A stretch of 63,884 bases of DNA, filler included, from Octopus bimaculoides (Eukaryota), in the NCBI RefSeq assembly GCF_001194135.2. It is 5 parts of 5 records of this genome, joined end to end, with 100 filler letters (N's around TTAATTAATTAA, not from the genome) between each part and the next. Parts side by side here need not be neighbours in the genome. Positions count along the whole stretch, not along the records: positions 11,751 to 25,014 come from NC_068994.1; positions 25,115 to 37,275 come from NC_068987.1; 3 more parts are not named here. The stretch is one strand, 5' to 3'. Under the pieces are notes generated by a model that was given only the letters and a program-made list of their open reading frames with translations, had not been told where the DNA came from and ran no database searches. Within the stretch, counting starts at the first letter, position 1; every line of letters begins with the position of its first letter. Below, one piece after another: positions 13,290 through 27,049 of this stretch. Made by a program: the position numbers and the translations under genes.

Positions 13290-13419
13290 GTAAGTAGAAC
13301 TAGATATTAGTAATAAAGTAATTTTTGTTGCAGTCGTTTCGGTTTCATTATCTCAATCAACCAACGAAACCACCTCCAGATTTGCATGTATTACGCAACC
13401 AATCAACCAATGAATTTGA

Positions 13420-13900
13420 ATTTTCTCAAGTGGACATTTGGCAATCAAAATCATTCTTTTCAATCAATTTGGTTCACTGCTTTTGATTTCATTCATTATG
13501 TCCCAATCTACAGTCGTGTGTGTTGTTTGTTTTTCTTCCTGTGCAATGTGTGATAGAAAGTCAAAACAACATCTTGTTAACGATAAACAAAATGCGTTTT
13601 TAACAGAAGGATTTTGTAATTAGGATAAAGTTTGTAAGCGCTTTGAGAAGCACAAACTCTCTGAATGTCATCGCAATGCTATTAAAGTATGAAGTGTTGA
13701 TTGTTAAACGTAAATAATGTTAGAGAATTGCTAGAGGAAGCTGCAAGAAAACATACCAGCAAATCGTAAATGAATAATAAAAAATATTCAGTGCTTGCAC
13801 ATCATTTACAGACAAAGAATAGGCATGCAAATATGAAGAATCGTCTAACTTGTATTAAGATAATACGATTTAGAAGGAAAGATTATACCGATTTTCTAGG
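13420..13900 (+). mobile_element. hAT transposase remnant (TTF zinc-finger region)
   Basis: Frameshifted FGNQNHSFQSIWF...HY and C-x2-C...NAFLTEGFCN*...FEKHKLSECHRNA. Confidence 0.65.
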
Positions 13901-14694
13901 GATGGCTCAACAAATCTAGTACAGGTGAATACTGATTAATACAAAACACTAACATAAAAATTGGCATTTAGCATTTGATAACTGGGTATCAAAATATTCG
14001 CATACAATAGAAGACACCCTAACAATACTTCTTATCCTGAAGATGAATCTGAGAAAGTCTAGAAATGTCGAGGAATGATTTAGAAACTTTGTTTCAAGTG
14101 AACTCTGCATGAAATTCATTCGGATATGTGAAAATCTCTTAATAAAAAGGCAAAAATAAAATAGTCGTGTTTACAGCAATGTTTTTGTCATCGTGGTGAA
14201 TTTGAAATTATATTGTTTCATATTTTGGCACATGGTCAGCAATTTCGGGGGAGGAGTTAGTCGATTACATCGATCTCAGTGCTTAACTGATTCTTATTTT
14301 ATCGACCATCAAAGGATGAAAGGCAAAGTCAACCCCAGCTGAATTTGAGCTCAGAACATTAAAGACGGACGAAATGCCGCTAAGCATTTCGCCCAGCGTG
14401 CTATCGATTCTGCCAGCTCGCCTCCTTGAATTTGAAATTATATCGATGGTTTATTTGATAACGAAACATAACAATATACAATTAACTGTTTTAGATTACG
14501 ATTAACTGTTTTAGATTAGAGTACATCACTTGTACGAAACCTGAAAGATACCTATTTACGAAGCAATTTAATACCTATATTTTTTAGTATGTGTATTCCG
14601 ACATATTATTTCATGTCTGCTAGATTATACTCTACGCCAGTATCGATAATTTTACATTCTATAACATAAGAAAATATATCGACATACATTAAAA

Positions 14695-14743
<49 letters not shown>

Positions 14744-15987
14744 GTGTGTGCGTGTGCCCGTATGTGCGGGCGTCTGTTTGTGCACATGTGGTTGTGACTG
14801 TATCTGTGAACTTTACCCTTATATTTGTGTGTATATGCGTAAAAAAATTCTCAAAACGCTCGAAGCAGGGAGACAGGCACTCTGCAGAAAACTTTGTGAC
14901 ATTATTCAGTGAGTGATTTTAAAGTGAATAATAATCTAACAAAGGGAGTTGAAGGGTGAGTAGTGGAGGGGAGATAAATCGTTAACCTATCCACCACACC
15001 CTTACAACGCCCAAACACGCACACACACGCGTGTGCATCCACACACAGTCTCTCTCTCCCTTTCTCTCCCCTACTCTCTTCCCGTTCAACCCCACACCGC
15101 GCTCACACTGTCACTCCACAGCATCACGTTATCGATCCTGACCTTCTGATGTCAACTGTTCCCAAAAGAGGAGAATCTTCTGTATTGAAATTGACCTTGA
15201 TGTAAGGGTAGTAGAGATCTAAATGACCTTACGAACGCCATCAACATTTCTTCACCGTTGTGAGATGCTGCTGGTTAGAGTTGCTAGAAATAACAGTCAA
15301 ATCTCCATTAAACAAAACCCTACTAATCTTCATAAAAGGAAATCCAATGTCGCAATGTCTGCATGTTTGGTGCAGTGTGGGTATATTTCGTTGGCTGCGT
15401 GAATAATAACTGAAGCAAGGTCTGCGAACAGTTAACTGAAATATTTATTGCAGGATACAAAGGTAATTATTGTTGGCCATTTACAATTAATATCGTTAAG
15501 AATTACGTACTGGGAATAGGGAGAAAACCGCACTGGGTCAGCAGAAGTTTCTTATAAGACATCGTGTGAATGTTCAGAATGGGACTGTCTGAGAATTTGG
15601 AGATGTCTGCGCAAATGTCTGGAATCGTCTGATGGTAAGAATGGAGGCGCATAGCGCTCAGTCGTCTTTCCAACACTCTGTGAAAAGTTTAGGCGCCAAA
15701 CGGCATTTTTTTTAATAAGGTGCAAGAACATTCTAGAAAACTACATCACAGCAAAGCTGCACGCCGGTTGGTTGCATAATAGACCGATTACGTGACACTG
15801 TGTTGGTTCCCTCATGGTATCTGACCGGTTATCTAGTGGTTAGGTTTCGATTCACCGCTACAACTTTAAGGCGAAAGGGCCATGCTTAGAATGTTTTTGA
15901 CTGTCATATGTTTGTACGAAAAGGAGTGACATACTGTGTTCAACAGCAATACCACCACCAGCACCACCACCAGCAACCACCTCTGAC

Positions 15988-16026
<39 letters not shown>

Positions 16027-16244
16027 TTTACATGGTCACTCGATTTGCTAGAAAGAGCAGACAAATATCTCCCCCAAAATATCTTAAAGTTTGAAATAAT
16101 AATAGTGTATTGATTGAGAGTGATTCAGCTGGTGTAGTTATAGTTTTGGGTTCGCTGTTCTATGACTGAGATAAAGAAAAAGACAAGATGTCCTTTAATT
16201 ATGGGTCTGTTCCTCCAGGTTTGATCTGGGAGGGCGGCGTAAAT

Positions 16245-16326
16245 CTACACCAACAACAGTAGCAGCAACAATGCAGTAGCAGCAGCCACAACAGCAACAA
16301 CAAAAACAGCAACAACAAAAACAGCA

Positions 16327-16368
<42 letters not shown>

Positions 16369-16400
16369 GCTGTTGTTGCTGCTACTACTACTGGTGTTGC

Positions 16401-16441
<41 letters not shown>

Positions 16442-16448
16442 CTGCTGT

Positions 16449-16504
<56 letters not shown>

Positions 16505-17320
16505 TTTTATCCAATCACATGAAGTGCTGTATCGTCTGCGGAGATGAGGACAGTTAACGATTTTGTAGTTGTAATTGTTGTTGTCGTTGTGGTGGTGGTG
16601 GTAGTGGTGGTGGTGATATTGAACGTCGTTGCCTTTGTTGTTGTTGTTGTTGTTGTAGTGATGGCAGTAGTTGTGACTGATGGCAACTAAAACAAAGGCA
16701 ACTGCAAAAGCGAAGGCGACAACGTCGATAATGAAGTGTTGCTGTTGATGAGGATGATGGTGATAATAGTGGTGGTGGTGGTGGTGATGACAGTCATGGT
16801 TTAGGCAACTAAAAGCAATACAAAAGCGTGATGACGATGACGGAAATGATGATGATGATGATAGTGGAAGTGATTGTGGTAGTGATGAGGGTGGTGGTGG
16901 TGATAAAATTGTTGTGGCGTTGATGATAGTAGTAGCGGTGGCTGATGAAAAGAAGGTCATGACCACGGCAAAAACAAAACAAAACAAAACCCCCCAAAAT
17001 AACAAACAAAAACGTGATGACGATGACGATAATAATGAAGAAAATGATGACGACGACGACGATGACGGTAAAGAATGATGCTGTTGATGTTGATAATGTT
17101 GACACAGAACGATAATAGTGATGCTGATTCAATTACTCAATTAACAAATAACCTTAATTCACAAGTGCAAACTATTTTCGCCCTCTACACGTTTAAAAAA
17201 AAACGTAAATGTCAAACAATCGTATTCATCATTATTGTTATCAGCATTAGCATTACTATTGTTATCTTTACTATCTTCAGTGCTGTTGTAATCATCCTTG
17301 TAATGATGATGATGATATAT
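16245..17320. repeat. Compound trinucleotide microsatellite field (CAR/ACT/GCT/GTT/GGT/GAT)
   Basis: Direct inspection; accounts for the poly-V/A/H/N ORFs in the track. Confidence 0.95.
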
Positions 17321-17399
17321 ATACACACACACAAACACACATATCTGCGTGCATATTATTTTACGTTGTTTGCAGTGCAGACCACTCCTTCAGTTATAA

Positions 17400-18900
17400 A
17401 CTAGAGGTCACAACGATTTCGACACCTTCCAACACGACCGCTACTTCCAGGAGTATTATGAAGCTTTGATATTGTCAAAGAATGCGTTATTTTGAACCAT
17501 ACTGTAATACACTTTTTTTTTTATCTGTTATCCATGATTGCAGGTGCGCAAACCAAATTAGGTGCAGCTGCAATCATTCCAACTATGCACCAATTATTTG
17601 GTTTTACTTCTTGCAGACGATGTATTGTTCTTCTTTCCCACATTATCTCCGCCATATTTAACGTGAACCATTTTCTGATTTCCTCCCTGATTTCACGAAT
17701 TATTGTTCTGCTATTCTTCTTAAGTCAACCAAGTAGGTAGATAAATAGATTTAGCTGTCAACCATCGGCATCATCCCTCTACTGGAAGCATAGTGTCTTG
17801 CGCCACTCGTTCGGCATAATTTCGTCTTTTTTCTCGGTCTGTCTTTTTGTGTGATAATTCATATGACCACCCCAAACTCTTTCAACAGAAGAATCAATAC
17901 TTTTCGTCCATCCGGTCAGACTTGATGGCATACATTGACTAAGAACACTGTTTCGTAATTGCAATATGGCTTCGTAATTGCAATATACTTCTCTCAAGTT
18001 CAGCTGTATCTTCCAATCAAAAGCACCTTTCAGAAGTCTGAGTTTCGAGTTGCCTTTGTTGCTCCTGCGTTGTCGTTTCTTATCCTCTTTGAGTAAAACA
18101 ACGGGAAGCAACTTAGAATCGATACTTATTGCACTGCTGCTGCTGCACTGATGTTTTAGTGCATCAACAATGGTTGACATGCAGCATTCCTAATTATGCT
18201 CTAAAGACACGCAAACATTGCATTGATGGCACTCAGCAAGTAGCCCCACCAACTAATATTGGTTTCAAATTTTGGCACTAGGCCAATAGTTTCGAGGGAG
18301 GGAGTAGGTTGACTACATCGAACCCAGTGTTCAACTAATACTTATTTTATCGACCCCGAAAGGATGAAAAGCAAAGTCGACCCCAGCAGCATGTGAACTC
18401 GGAATGTAAAGACGGACGAAATGCCGCTAAACAGCTTTCCCGGCGCATTAACGATTCTTCCAGCCCGCCGCATTNNNNNNNNNNNNNNNNNNNNNNNNNN
18501 NNNNNNNNNNNNNNNNNNNNNNNNNNTCTAATATTGACCGACGATAACATTGTCCAACGCACTAAACAGGACTCACCATCTGGTTGGTTCTGTTTCCGGC
18601 AACATATGCTACAACTCTGATTTTGCTCGGCTGTCTCCCATGTTGCCCATGTGCATTCGCTCCCTAAATCCTACTGCTTCAGTCCATGCCCTCCTCTTTA
18701 AAACAACAAATTTCTTTGATCCGGTATCTTGCCTGCGTTTGTTATTCTGGCGAAATATCCATTTGTTTCGTGCCTGCTGAAGTATTACAGTTGTATTCGG
18801 TATAATATCTATCACCTCATTCAAATCCGGAGTAGTCTTTGCCACCTGAACAGCTGTTCTCACGGTTCATTTCCTTACGAACATCGGGTGAGATGTAATG
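17400..18900 (-). mobile_element. Decayed R4/Dong-like (RLE) non-LTR retrotransposon pieces, split by a SINE at about 18240-18470
   Basis: Minus-strand fragments such as SVLSQCMPSSLTGWTKS and a degenerate C-terminal RVLE-like end; heavily disrupted. Confidence 0.45.
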
Positions 18901-19001
18901 TTTGCTCGAAATGAGGTAACGAGAGAAAACCGTAAGATGCTGTTATGAACAAAGTTTGCATTCTCCGGTCATGTAGTAAGTCCTAACTTTCGGGGTTGTA
19001 A

Positions 19002-19790
19002 TAGGTCGTCAAGTATAAAATTTGTAGTAAGGTATATGGTAAACTTTGACAGCTGCTCATTTTGCGCCATTATTATATTTTAACAATCTTTATTTTTTGT
19101 TAGAAAGCTGACACATCTACTTCTTTATTCTAACTCATTTTGCGCTTTATAAAGTATTTATAAATCGTTTTTTGCTATTTTTGTTTAGAGATGGATAAGT
19201 CGGAAATTCGTACAATTTAGAAATATGTGTTCTTTCTTGGAAATACAGCATCACAGACAGCTCGGAATATTAATGGAGCATTTTATTCTAATGTTATTAC
19301 ACAACATATAGTACCAAATTAGTTTGCAAAATTTCGTTCTGGTAACTTTGACCTCACCATTGAGCAACGCGGTCGACCAGAAACAAAGGTGGATAATGAT
19401 GAACTGAAAACCACCGTCGAGTCAAACCCATCTCAAAGTGCCCGTGAATTATCGTTGTTGTTTGGTGTTAGCAAGAAAACAGTATTGACTCACCAAGTTC
19501 AAATTGATAAAGTAAAAAAAGTTGGGTAAGTGGGTTCCACATGAACTCAATGAAAATCAGAAACAGCAACGTTTGAAAGCCTGCATTATGCTACTTTCTT
19601 GTCACAAAAATGAATCATTTTTGAATCGAATTCTAACATGTGATGAGAAATGGATCCAATACAACAACCGTAAATGTCCAGCACAATGGTTGGACAAAGA
19701 CGAGCCACCAAAACACAGTCCAAAAAGCAAAATTCATCAAAAGAAGCTGATGGTGTATGTTTGGTGGTCTGACGCATGCAGAAACTTTAC
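19002..19790 (+). mobile_element. Mariner (Mos1-like) transposase pseudogene, 3' truncated
   Basis: MDKSEIR...FRSGNFDL...RGRPETKVDNDELK...WVPHELNENQK...RILTCDEKWIQYNN...HQKKLMVYVWW. Confidence 0.9.
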
Positions 19791-20184
19791 TTCAAGAGAT
19801 AACAACCCTCATACGTCGAAGCGACGAGAAGAGTCCATCATCACCAGAGTATATATCTAAATCAGCATTAACCAACATATCCTTCGTGTTTAATTCTGTA
19901 TGGTATGATTTTTGTGCAATTTGTCAGCTATTTTTAGCTGGCTGAATAACCATGTGGTGGTTCTCTTTCTGGCTTGTGTTGTTAATATCATTTTGGGTTG
20001 TGTGTGTGTGTGTGTGTGTAGGGCTGGTTGTGTGGCATGGGCGTGCGCAAAGTGTGTGGTTAAAAAGCTCGCTTCTAAGCTACGCGGTTTCGATTCTAGC
20101 CCTACTGCGCGGTACTTTGGGCTACTGCCTGCTCCCGATCAATGCCTAGTCAGTGAATTTGGTAGGTGGAAACAGTGTGTAAAA

Positions 20185-20715
20185 TCATCGTATGTCGTTA
20201 TTCAGTTTCTTTCAAGATTTCTTGCTAATAGAGAAAGAACCGGTTTCTGACCTAGATCCAAAGTTCCTGCATTGAAATTTCAGCATCAACAACAAGGTAT
20301 TTTTGTTCGTATGTATGTGTGTGTAGATTTGTACGTTTTATGTATGTATTCTCATACGTATAGTTGCATATCTAGACATGCTCATATATATTTAAATGAT
20401 ACACTTCTGGAAAGTTTCACAGATTTTTACAGTTCCAGTGATGGATTGTATCTCGAGTCCTCGAATTAGCTTTCTCCTTTCTGGTTTTGAGAAGCCTAAT
20501 TTCTCAAGATTGGTATTTAGGCAGTATGTTACATATCCCAGGGCCCCAATAATTACAGGTATAAGCATGAAATTGTAATCTGAATAGAGTAACTGCAGAT
20601 TTCTCAATAGTTCAGCATAGGTGTTCTCTTTTTCACTGATCTTCAGCTTTATGTTAACATCCGATGGGCAACTAATTTCCACAACTGTGCACAGTTTCTC
20701 TTCTCTACCCCAATA
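20185..20715 (-). mobile_element. 3' end of an R4/Dong-like RLE LINE with 3' UTR
   Basis: VEISCPSDVNI...PVIIGALGYV...GTVKICETF, the C-terminus of a restriction-like endonuclease domain. Confidence 0.7.
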
Positions 20716-20736
20716 TGTATGTATGTATGTATGAAG

Positions 20737-20930
20737 GGCGGTGAGCTGGCAGAAGCATTAGCGAAATGCTTAGCGGTATTTCGTCTGTCTTTACGTTCTG
20801 AGTGCAAATTCCGCCGAGGTCGACTTTGTCTTTCATCCTTTCGGGGTCGATAAATCAAGTACCAGTTGCGTACTGGGGTCGATCTAATCGACTGGCCCCC
20901 TCCCCCCAAATTTCGGGCCTTGTGCCTAAA
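20737..20930 (+). mobile_element. Well-preserved tRNA-derived SINE (most abundant family in the window)
   Basis: GGCGGTGAGCTGGCAGAA head, B-box-like GTGCAAATTCC, and gtcgactttgtctttcatcctttcggggtcgataa core; CpGs retained; related copies at about 14220-14430, 18240-18470 and 22730-22910. Confidence 0.85.
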
Positions 20931-21936
20931 TGAGAAATGTATGTATGTATGTANNNNNNNNNNNNNNNNNNNNNNNNNNNNNNNNNNNNNNNNNNNNNNN
21001 NNNNNNNNNNNNNNNNNNNNNNNNNNNNNNNNNNNNNNNNNNNNNNNNNNNNNNNNNNNNNNNNNNNNNNNNNNNNNNNNNNNNNNNNNNNNNNNNNNNN
21101 NNNNNNNNNNNNNNNNNNNNNNNNNNNNNNNNNNNNNNNNNNNNNNNNNNNNNNNNNNNNNNNNNNNNNNNNNNNNNNNNNNNNNNNNNNNNNNNNNNNN
21201 NNNNNNNNNNNNNNNNNNNNNNNNNNNNNNNNNNNNNNNNNNNNNNNNNNNNNNNNNNNNNNNNNNNNNNNNNNNNNNNNNNNNNNNNNNNNNNNNNNNN
21301 NNNNNNNNNNNNNNNNNNNNNNNNNNNNNNNNNNNNNNNNNNNNNNNNNNNNNNNNNNNNNNNNNNNNNNNNNNNNNNNNNNNNNNNNNNNNNNNNNNNN
21401 NNNNNNNNNNNNNNNNNNNNNNNNNNNNNNNNNNNNNNNNNNNNNNNNNNNNNNNNNNNNNNNNNNNNNNNNNNNNNNNNNNNNNNNNNNNNNNNNNNNN
21501 NNNNNNNNNNNNNNNNNNNNNNNNNNNNNNNNNNNNNNNNNNNNNNNNNNNNNNNNNNNNNNNNNNNNNNNNNNNNNNNNNNNNNNNNNNNNNNNNNNNN
21601 NNNNNNNNNNNNNNNNNNNNNNNNNNNNNNNNNNNNNNNNNNNNNNNNNNNNNNNNNNNNNNNNNNNNNNNNNNNNNNNNNNNNNNNNNNNNNNNNNNNN
21701 NNNNNNNNNNNNNNNNNNNNNNNNNNNNNNNNNNNNNNNNNNNNNNNNNNNNNNNNNNNNNNNNNNNNNNNNNNNNNNNNNNNNNNNNNNNNNNNNNNNN
21801 NNNNNNNNNNNNNNNNNNNNNNNNNNNNNNNNNNNNNNNNNNNNNNNNNNNNNNNNNNNNNNNNNNNNNNNNNNNNNNNNNNNNNNNNNNTGTGCGTATC
21901 TATGTGTGTAACAATTTTAGAGTTCGGATTCTAGAG

Positions 21937-22002
21937 TTAGGGTTAGTTTTAGGGTTAGGGTTAGGGTTAACAGTCTAGTTAGGGTTAGGGTTAGGGTTAG
22001 GG
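21937..22002 (+). repeat. Interstitial (TTAGGG)n tract
   Basis: Eight perfect TTAGGG units in two blocks next to an N gap. Confidence 0.85.
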
Positions 22003-24568
22003 GATTAATACGATATACACCGTTAAAGCGCTAACTGTTTTCAACTGAATAGACGTCAGTGATTAGTAGAAATTATCGAAATAAGACAATTTTTTACATG
22101 AAATAAATTCGAATACAAAAATTGTTTTCTGTTCTATAACACAAAATAGATAAGTATACGAAGTTTGAAAGTCTTTTGGTACCAAAAACACTACATAAAA
22201 CATAAATGAAAACTGGTGCCCCCGTTTTGAAATAGATCCTGAGTGTGTGTATGTGTGTATCTCTGTGTTTGTATTTGTGCCCCTTGCCGCTTGACAAACG
22301 GCATTGGTTGTTACGTCACTGTAACTTATAGGTTCACCCCTAAGAGACGAATAGAGTAAGTACCCACCTTTAAAAAATAGGTACTGAGGTCAATATGGCC
22401 GACTGAAACGCTCCAAGGCTGTGCTCCAGCATCGCCGCAGTCCAATGACTGAAACAAGTAAAAGGTAAAAGATAAAAGATATGTGTCTTCATAGTTGTGT
22501 ATACACGTGTACGTGAACACAACAGTGTATATATTTGTGTGTACATGTGCGTAAATGTGTGTATATTTATGAGTAAAGATGTGAACATGCTTTTGTATGA
22601 GAGTGTGTATATGTGTTTATAAATGTGTATGTATATGTGTGTAGATGTGTTTGTATATATGTGTTATTTCTTTACTACCCACAAGGGGCTAAACGTAGAG
22701 GGGACAAACAAGGATAGACAAACATGGATTAAGTCAATTATATCGACCCCAGTGTGTAACTGGNNNNNNNNNNTACTTATTTAATCGACCCCGAAAGGAT
22801 GAAAGGCAAAGTCGACCTCGGCGGAATTTGAATTCAGAACGTAGCGGCAGACGAAATACCTCTAAGCATTTCGCCCGGCACGTGAACGTTTCTGCCAGCT
22901 CGCCGCCGTATATATGTGTATATATGTGTATATATGTGTATATATGTGTATATATGTGTACAGGTCTAGGAACATGCACGCGTACGTACGTGTGTATGCA
23001 TGTAAATACACATCTGTGTATGTGTGCGTATATAAGTATGTGTGTACATGTTTCTACACGCGTGCATTATATAATGTAATTACATGCGTGTGTATGTGTT
23101 TGTGTATATGTATGTGCATGTGCACGTGTACATATGTGTACATGTGTTGACAATGTGTGTATATGTGTTCTGAAATATGTGTGTGTGTGTGTGTGTGTGC
23201 GTGCGTGCATGTGGATATACGTATTATTGCATATGACTGTGCTCGCGTTTGTTTCTACACGTTTACATGTACACAAGCATGTGTATACGCGTGCACACAA
23301 ATATATGCTTCTGCCTGAATTATACATGCGTGTTTCTCTACGTATATGTATACATGGGTGTATACATGCCGATCTGTCGTGTATATGAGGATGCATATAC
23401 ATACTCATGTGCATGTGTATATATCACATGTGCGTACATACAAATCTACGGGTGCATTTATATGCATATGCATACGCTTACATGTACACATGCGCATATG
23501 CGTATTTTAATATGTGCACATCAAGTGTCATGTATCTGCATTTGTGTACATGTGCAAGTTTATACGCATGCATGTTTGTGCACATATTATGCAGTTAGAA
23601 CACGATGGAGATTACATTGCACTCAAAATAAACTTGAATAGATTAGATCAAAATAAGTCCATGACTCACTGGCTCCTTGTGTCTTTGGAAAACAAGATGA
23701 ATGGATAGGTTGATAAATGGAGGGATAAGGGTTTTGTTTTTTGTTGTTTTTTGACCCCCAAGAAAGACTTGATCAAACGGACTTATGCTCAGAGGGTATT
23801 TAGATATAACCGCGACGACTTTTCCCTTCCAAGCATAGTCTATCCTGGACAACATTCACGATGTGTCCTTTTTATTCTTAAGAAGTTTATGCAGGAATTA
23901 AGATATCTGTTGGAATTTACACACGCGCGCGCGCACACACATACACACATTCACACACATATATATAGATAAATAGATATGTATATATACATGCGACAAT
24001 GGTGTGGAAAGGGTGAGAGGAATCCCGCATATATATGGGCAATTATCATTGTTTCTCATTCACTTATACATACATACATACGCACGCATGTATATATATA
24101 TATATATATATATATACAAGCTCAGGCATATACATATACAAACATGCAGATAGAACGAGGAAGGTTATGAGATAAGGAGAGAAACAAATATGTAATATAC
24201 TGAGTTAAACGATAAAACACGAGGAAAAGCGTAGAAATATGAAACAAAACAACAACAATGAAAGAGTATGTACAATGAAAATTAATTCGCCAAAGAAAAG
24301 AATACAAAAGCCTCCAAGTTTTGGTTCAGATACATCAAAGAGACGGGAAAAGAATACGGGACTGAAGAGAAAAAGTAATAGAAACGGTACCGAATTTATG
24401 GCCTTTGTTTAAATTGCAGGTCTAGTGTGTGTGTGCGCGGGTTCATGAATGGTATGTGTATGTGTGTTAATATTGCTTATGTCATAAGAATCTAAAAACT
24501 TCGAAAGACTTGAAATAAATTGTTAGCGGCAGAACTCGATTCACACACGCACACACACACATACACAA

Positions 24569-24890
24569 GTGGTATTCCGTCGGTTACGACGACGACGAGG
24601 GTTCCAGTTGATCCAGTCAAGAGAACAGCCGGCTCGTGAAATTAACGTGTAAATGGCTGAGCCCTCCACAGACACGCGCACCCATAACGTAGTCCTCAGG
24701 GAGATTCAGCGTGACATAGAGTGTGACAAAGCTGGCCCTTTGAATAGCAGGTACTACTCATTTTTGCCAGCTGAATGGCCTGGAGCAACCTGAAATACAG
24801 TGTCTTGCTGAAAGACACAACGCGCCGTCGGGAATCGAACTCAAAACCTCACAATCGTGAGTCGAATACCCTAATCTCTAAGCCACGCGC
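24569..24890 (-). mobile_element. Full-length tRNA-derived SINE
   Basis: Minus-strand head with B-box GAGTTCGATTCCC and a ttgtgtctttcagcaagacac core; 3' part matches 1-232. Confidence 0.8.
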
Positions 24891-25114
24891 TTTCATCACA
24901 CGTATATGAACACAAACGCGCGCGCGCGAGCATGCACACACGTGCACATACACAGTCACGCACACACACACATAGCATTATTTATGTATAAGTAAAGTAG
25001 AACCTCACAGTACANNNNNNNNNNNNNNNNNNNNNNNNNNNNNNNNNNNNNNNNNNNNTTAATTAATTAANNNNNNNNNNNNNNNNNNNNNNNNNNNNNN
25101 NNNNNNNNNNNNNN

Positions 25115-25146
<32 letters not shown>

Positions 25147-25321
25147 TACATACTCATACATATATGCATACATATACATACGTACATACTTACACCCAGG
25201 CATTCACACACTCACACACATACATATACATATACACACATCCCTACTTCATCTGTCTCCTCTCTCTCTCTCTCCCTCTAATGCCCGATCTGTTTTAATT
25301 CAGAATGTATCNNNNNNNNNN

Positions 25322-25364
<43 letters not shown>

Positions 25365-25543
25365 ATCCAAACAGGCATACGCATACTTAAACCTCCCAAT
25401 CTCTCTCACATTCTTCAATCTTGTATTCTTTTTTATTTTTTTGTTACGATTTCCCACCTTTTTTTTTATTACTTTTCTGTTTATTTATATTCTTTATCTT
25501 TTTCACCACAGTTTAGTAAATGGCTGATTTCATCATCATCATC

Positions 25544-25602
<59 letters not shown>

Positions 25603-26912
25603 CAGTATCATCATCCTCATCGCCGTCATCGTCGTCGTCGTCGTCGTCGTCGCCATCATCATCATCATCATCATCATTACTGCTACCACTACTACTACTA
25701 CTATTCATTTTGGCTTTTACAATTTTGTCAGATAAATTCATTTTTTTTTACTTATTTTTATTGTTTTGTTTTTGATGATGATAATGATGATGTTGTTTAT
25801 GATGATGTTCTTGTTCTTGTTGTTACTATTTCGCATGTTCTTATTTTCTTCACATTCCATTATTTTTATGGAAGACACTTTTAAATTTTATTCATGTCAC
25901 TCAGAATCTATTTTTTCTTTACATATATTTTATATTTTTATCATTATTTTATTTCATTTAATTTATTTTCTCATCCTCCGCCTCCCACCTCTATCCGTTT
26001 TAGTTTTCATTTGTATTTGATTCAGGTGATAAGGGAAATACTGTCAAAGAGGGGAAGAAAGAGGGCAAATAAAGAGAGAGAGAGAGAGTGTGTGTGTGTG
26101 TGTGAGAGAGAGAGAGATGGGTGATACACATAAAAATATTTAAGGAGGATGAGGCGAAAATAGATTGATAGATAGATTAATGGAACTTTACATGGATGAT
26201 GGCTGCATGGGTGTATGGATATGTATGTGTGTATATATAGAGACAGAAAGACAGACAGATAGACAGAGAGAAAGACAGATAGCAGAATTGTTTGAAATAT
26301 AGCTGGANNNNNNNNNNAGACAGATAGCAGAATTGTTTGAAATATAGCTGGATATATATGTGTGCGTTTGAGTGTGTGTGTGTGTGAGAGTGTGTGTGTG
26401 TGTGTGTGTCTGTGTGTGTGTGTGTATGTAAATATAAACATCTATCCTTCTATGTACATGTAGCCATGGTTCTAGCTATCCTGTTAAGTATCTAGCATTT
26501 ATCTATCTATNNNNNNNNNNGAGAGAGAGAGAGAGAGATGCATAGATAGAACTGATATTTGGATAGAGATATAGTGAAATATGGTGACGAAAGAATGATA
26601 GGGAAATGAGATGATGAATGATGAGTAAAGGGAAAAGAAATCAAAATGAGGACGTAGAGAAGAAAGGGGAAAAAGAAAACAAACAACTGTATTGGCAGTT
26701 GGTGGTAGATTTGTGTTGGGTTTGGTGATAGAAGTTTTTTTTAGCCAGAACCCTATAGAGGCATGAATGTTCTTGTTGATGCAATTGTTAACGTTTTGTT
26801 AATAGAATAAGGAAAGAAGGTAGAAGTTGAAAGCGGGCTTGCTACTTTCTTTCTCTTTTATACCATTTTTATCTTCGTGAGTGATGGCAAAAGATAGTTT
26901 TATTATTATTAC

Positions 26913-26961
<49 letters not shown>

Positions 26962-27018
26962 TTGTTGCACATACATGCATGTACATATACATGCATACAT
27001 ACATATATATAGATATAC

Positions 27019-27049
<31 letters not shown>

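Noticed and set aside
22914-23708. Cys/His/Val/Tyr-rich ORFs from CA/TA/TG repeats, here and at 25-27 kb and 34-36 kb
   Set aside because: Translations of microsatellites; no splice or homology support.
26273-26353. Exact 35-bp duplication on either side of a 10-N gap
   Set aside because: Typical overlap artefact at a contig join.
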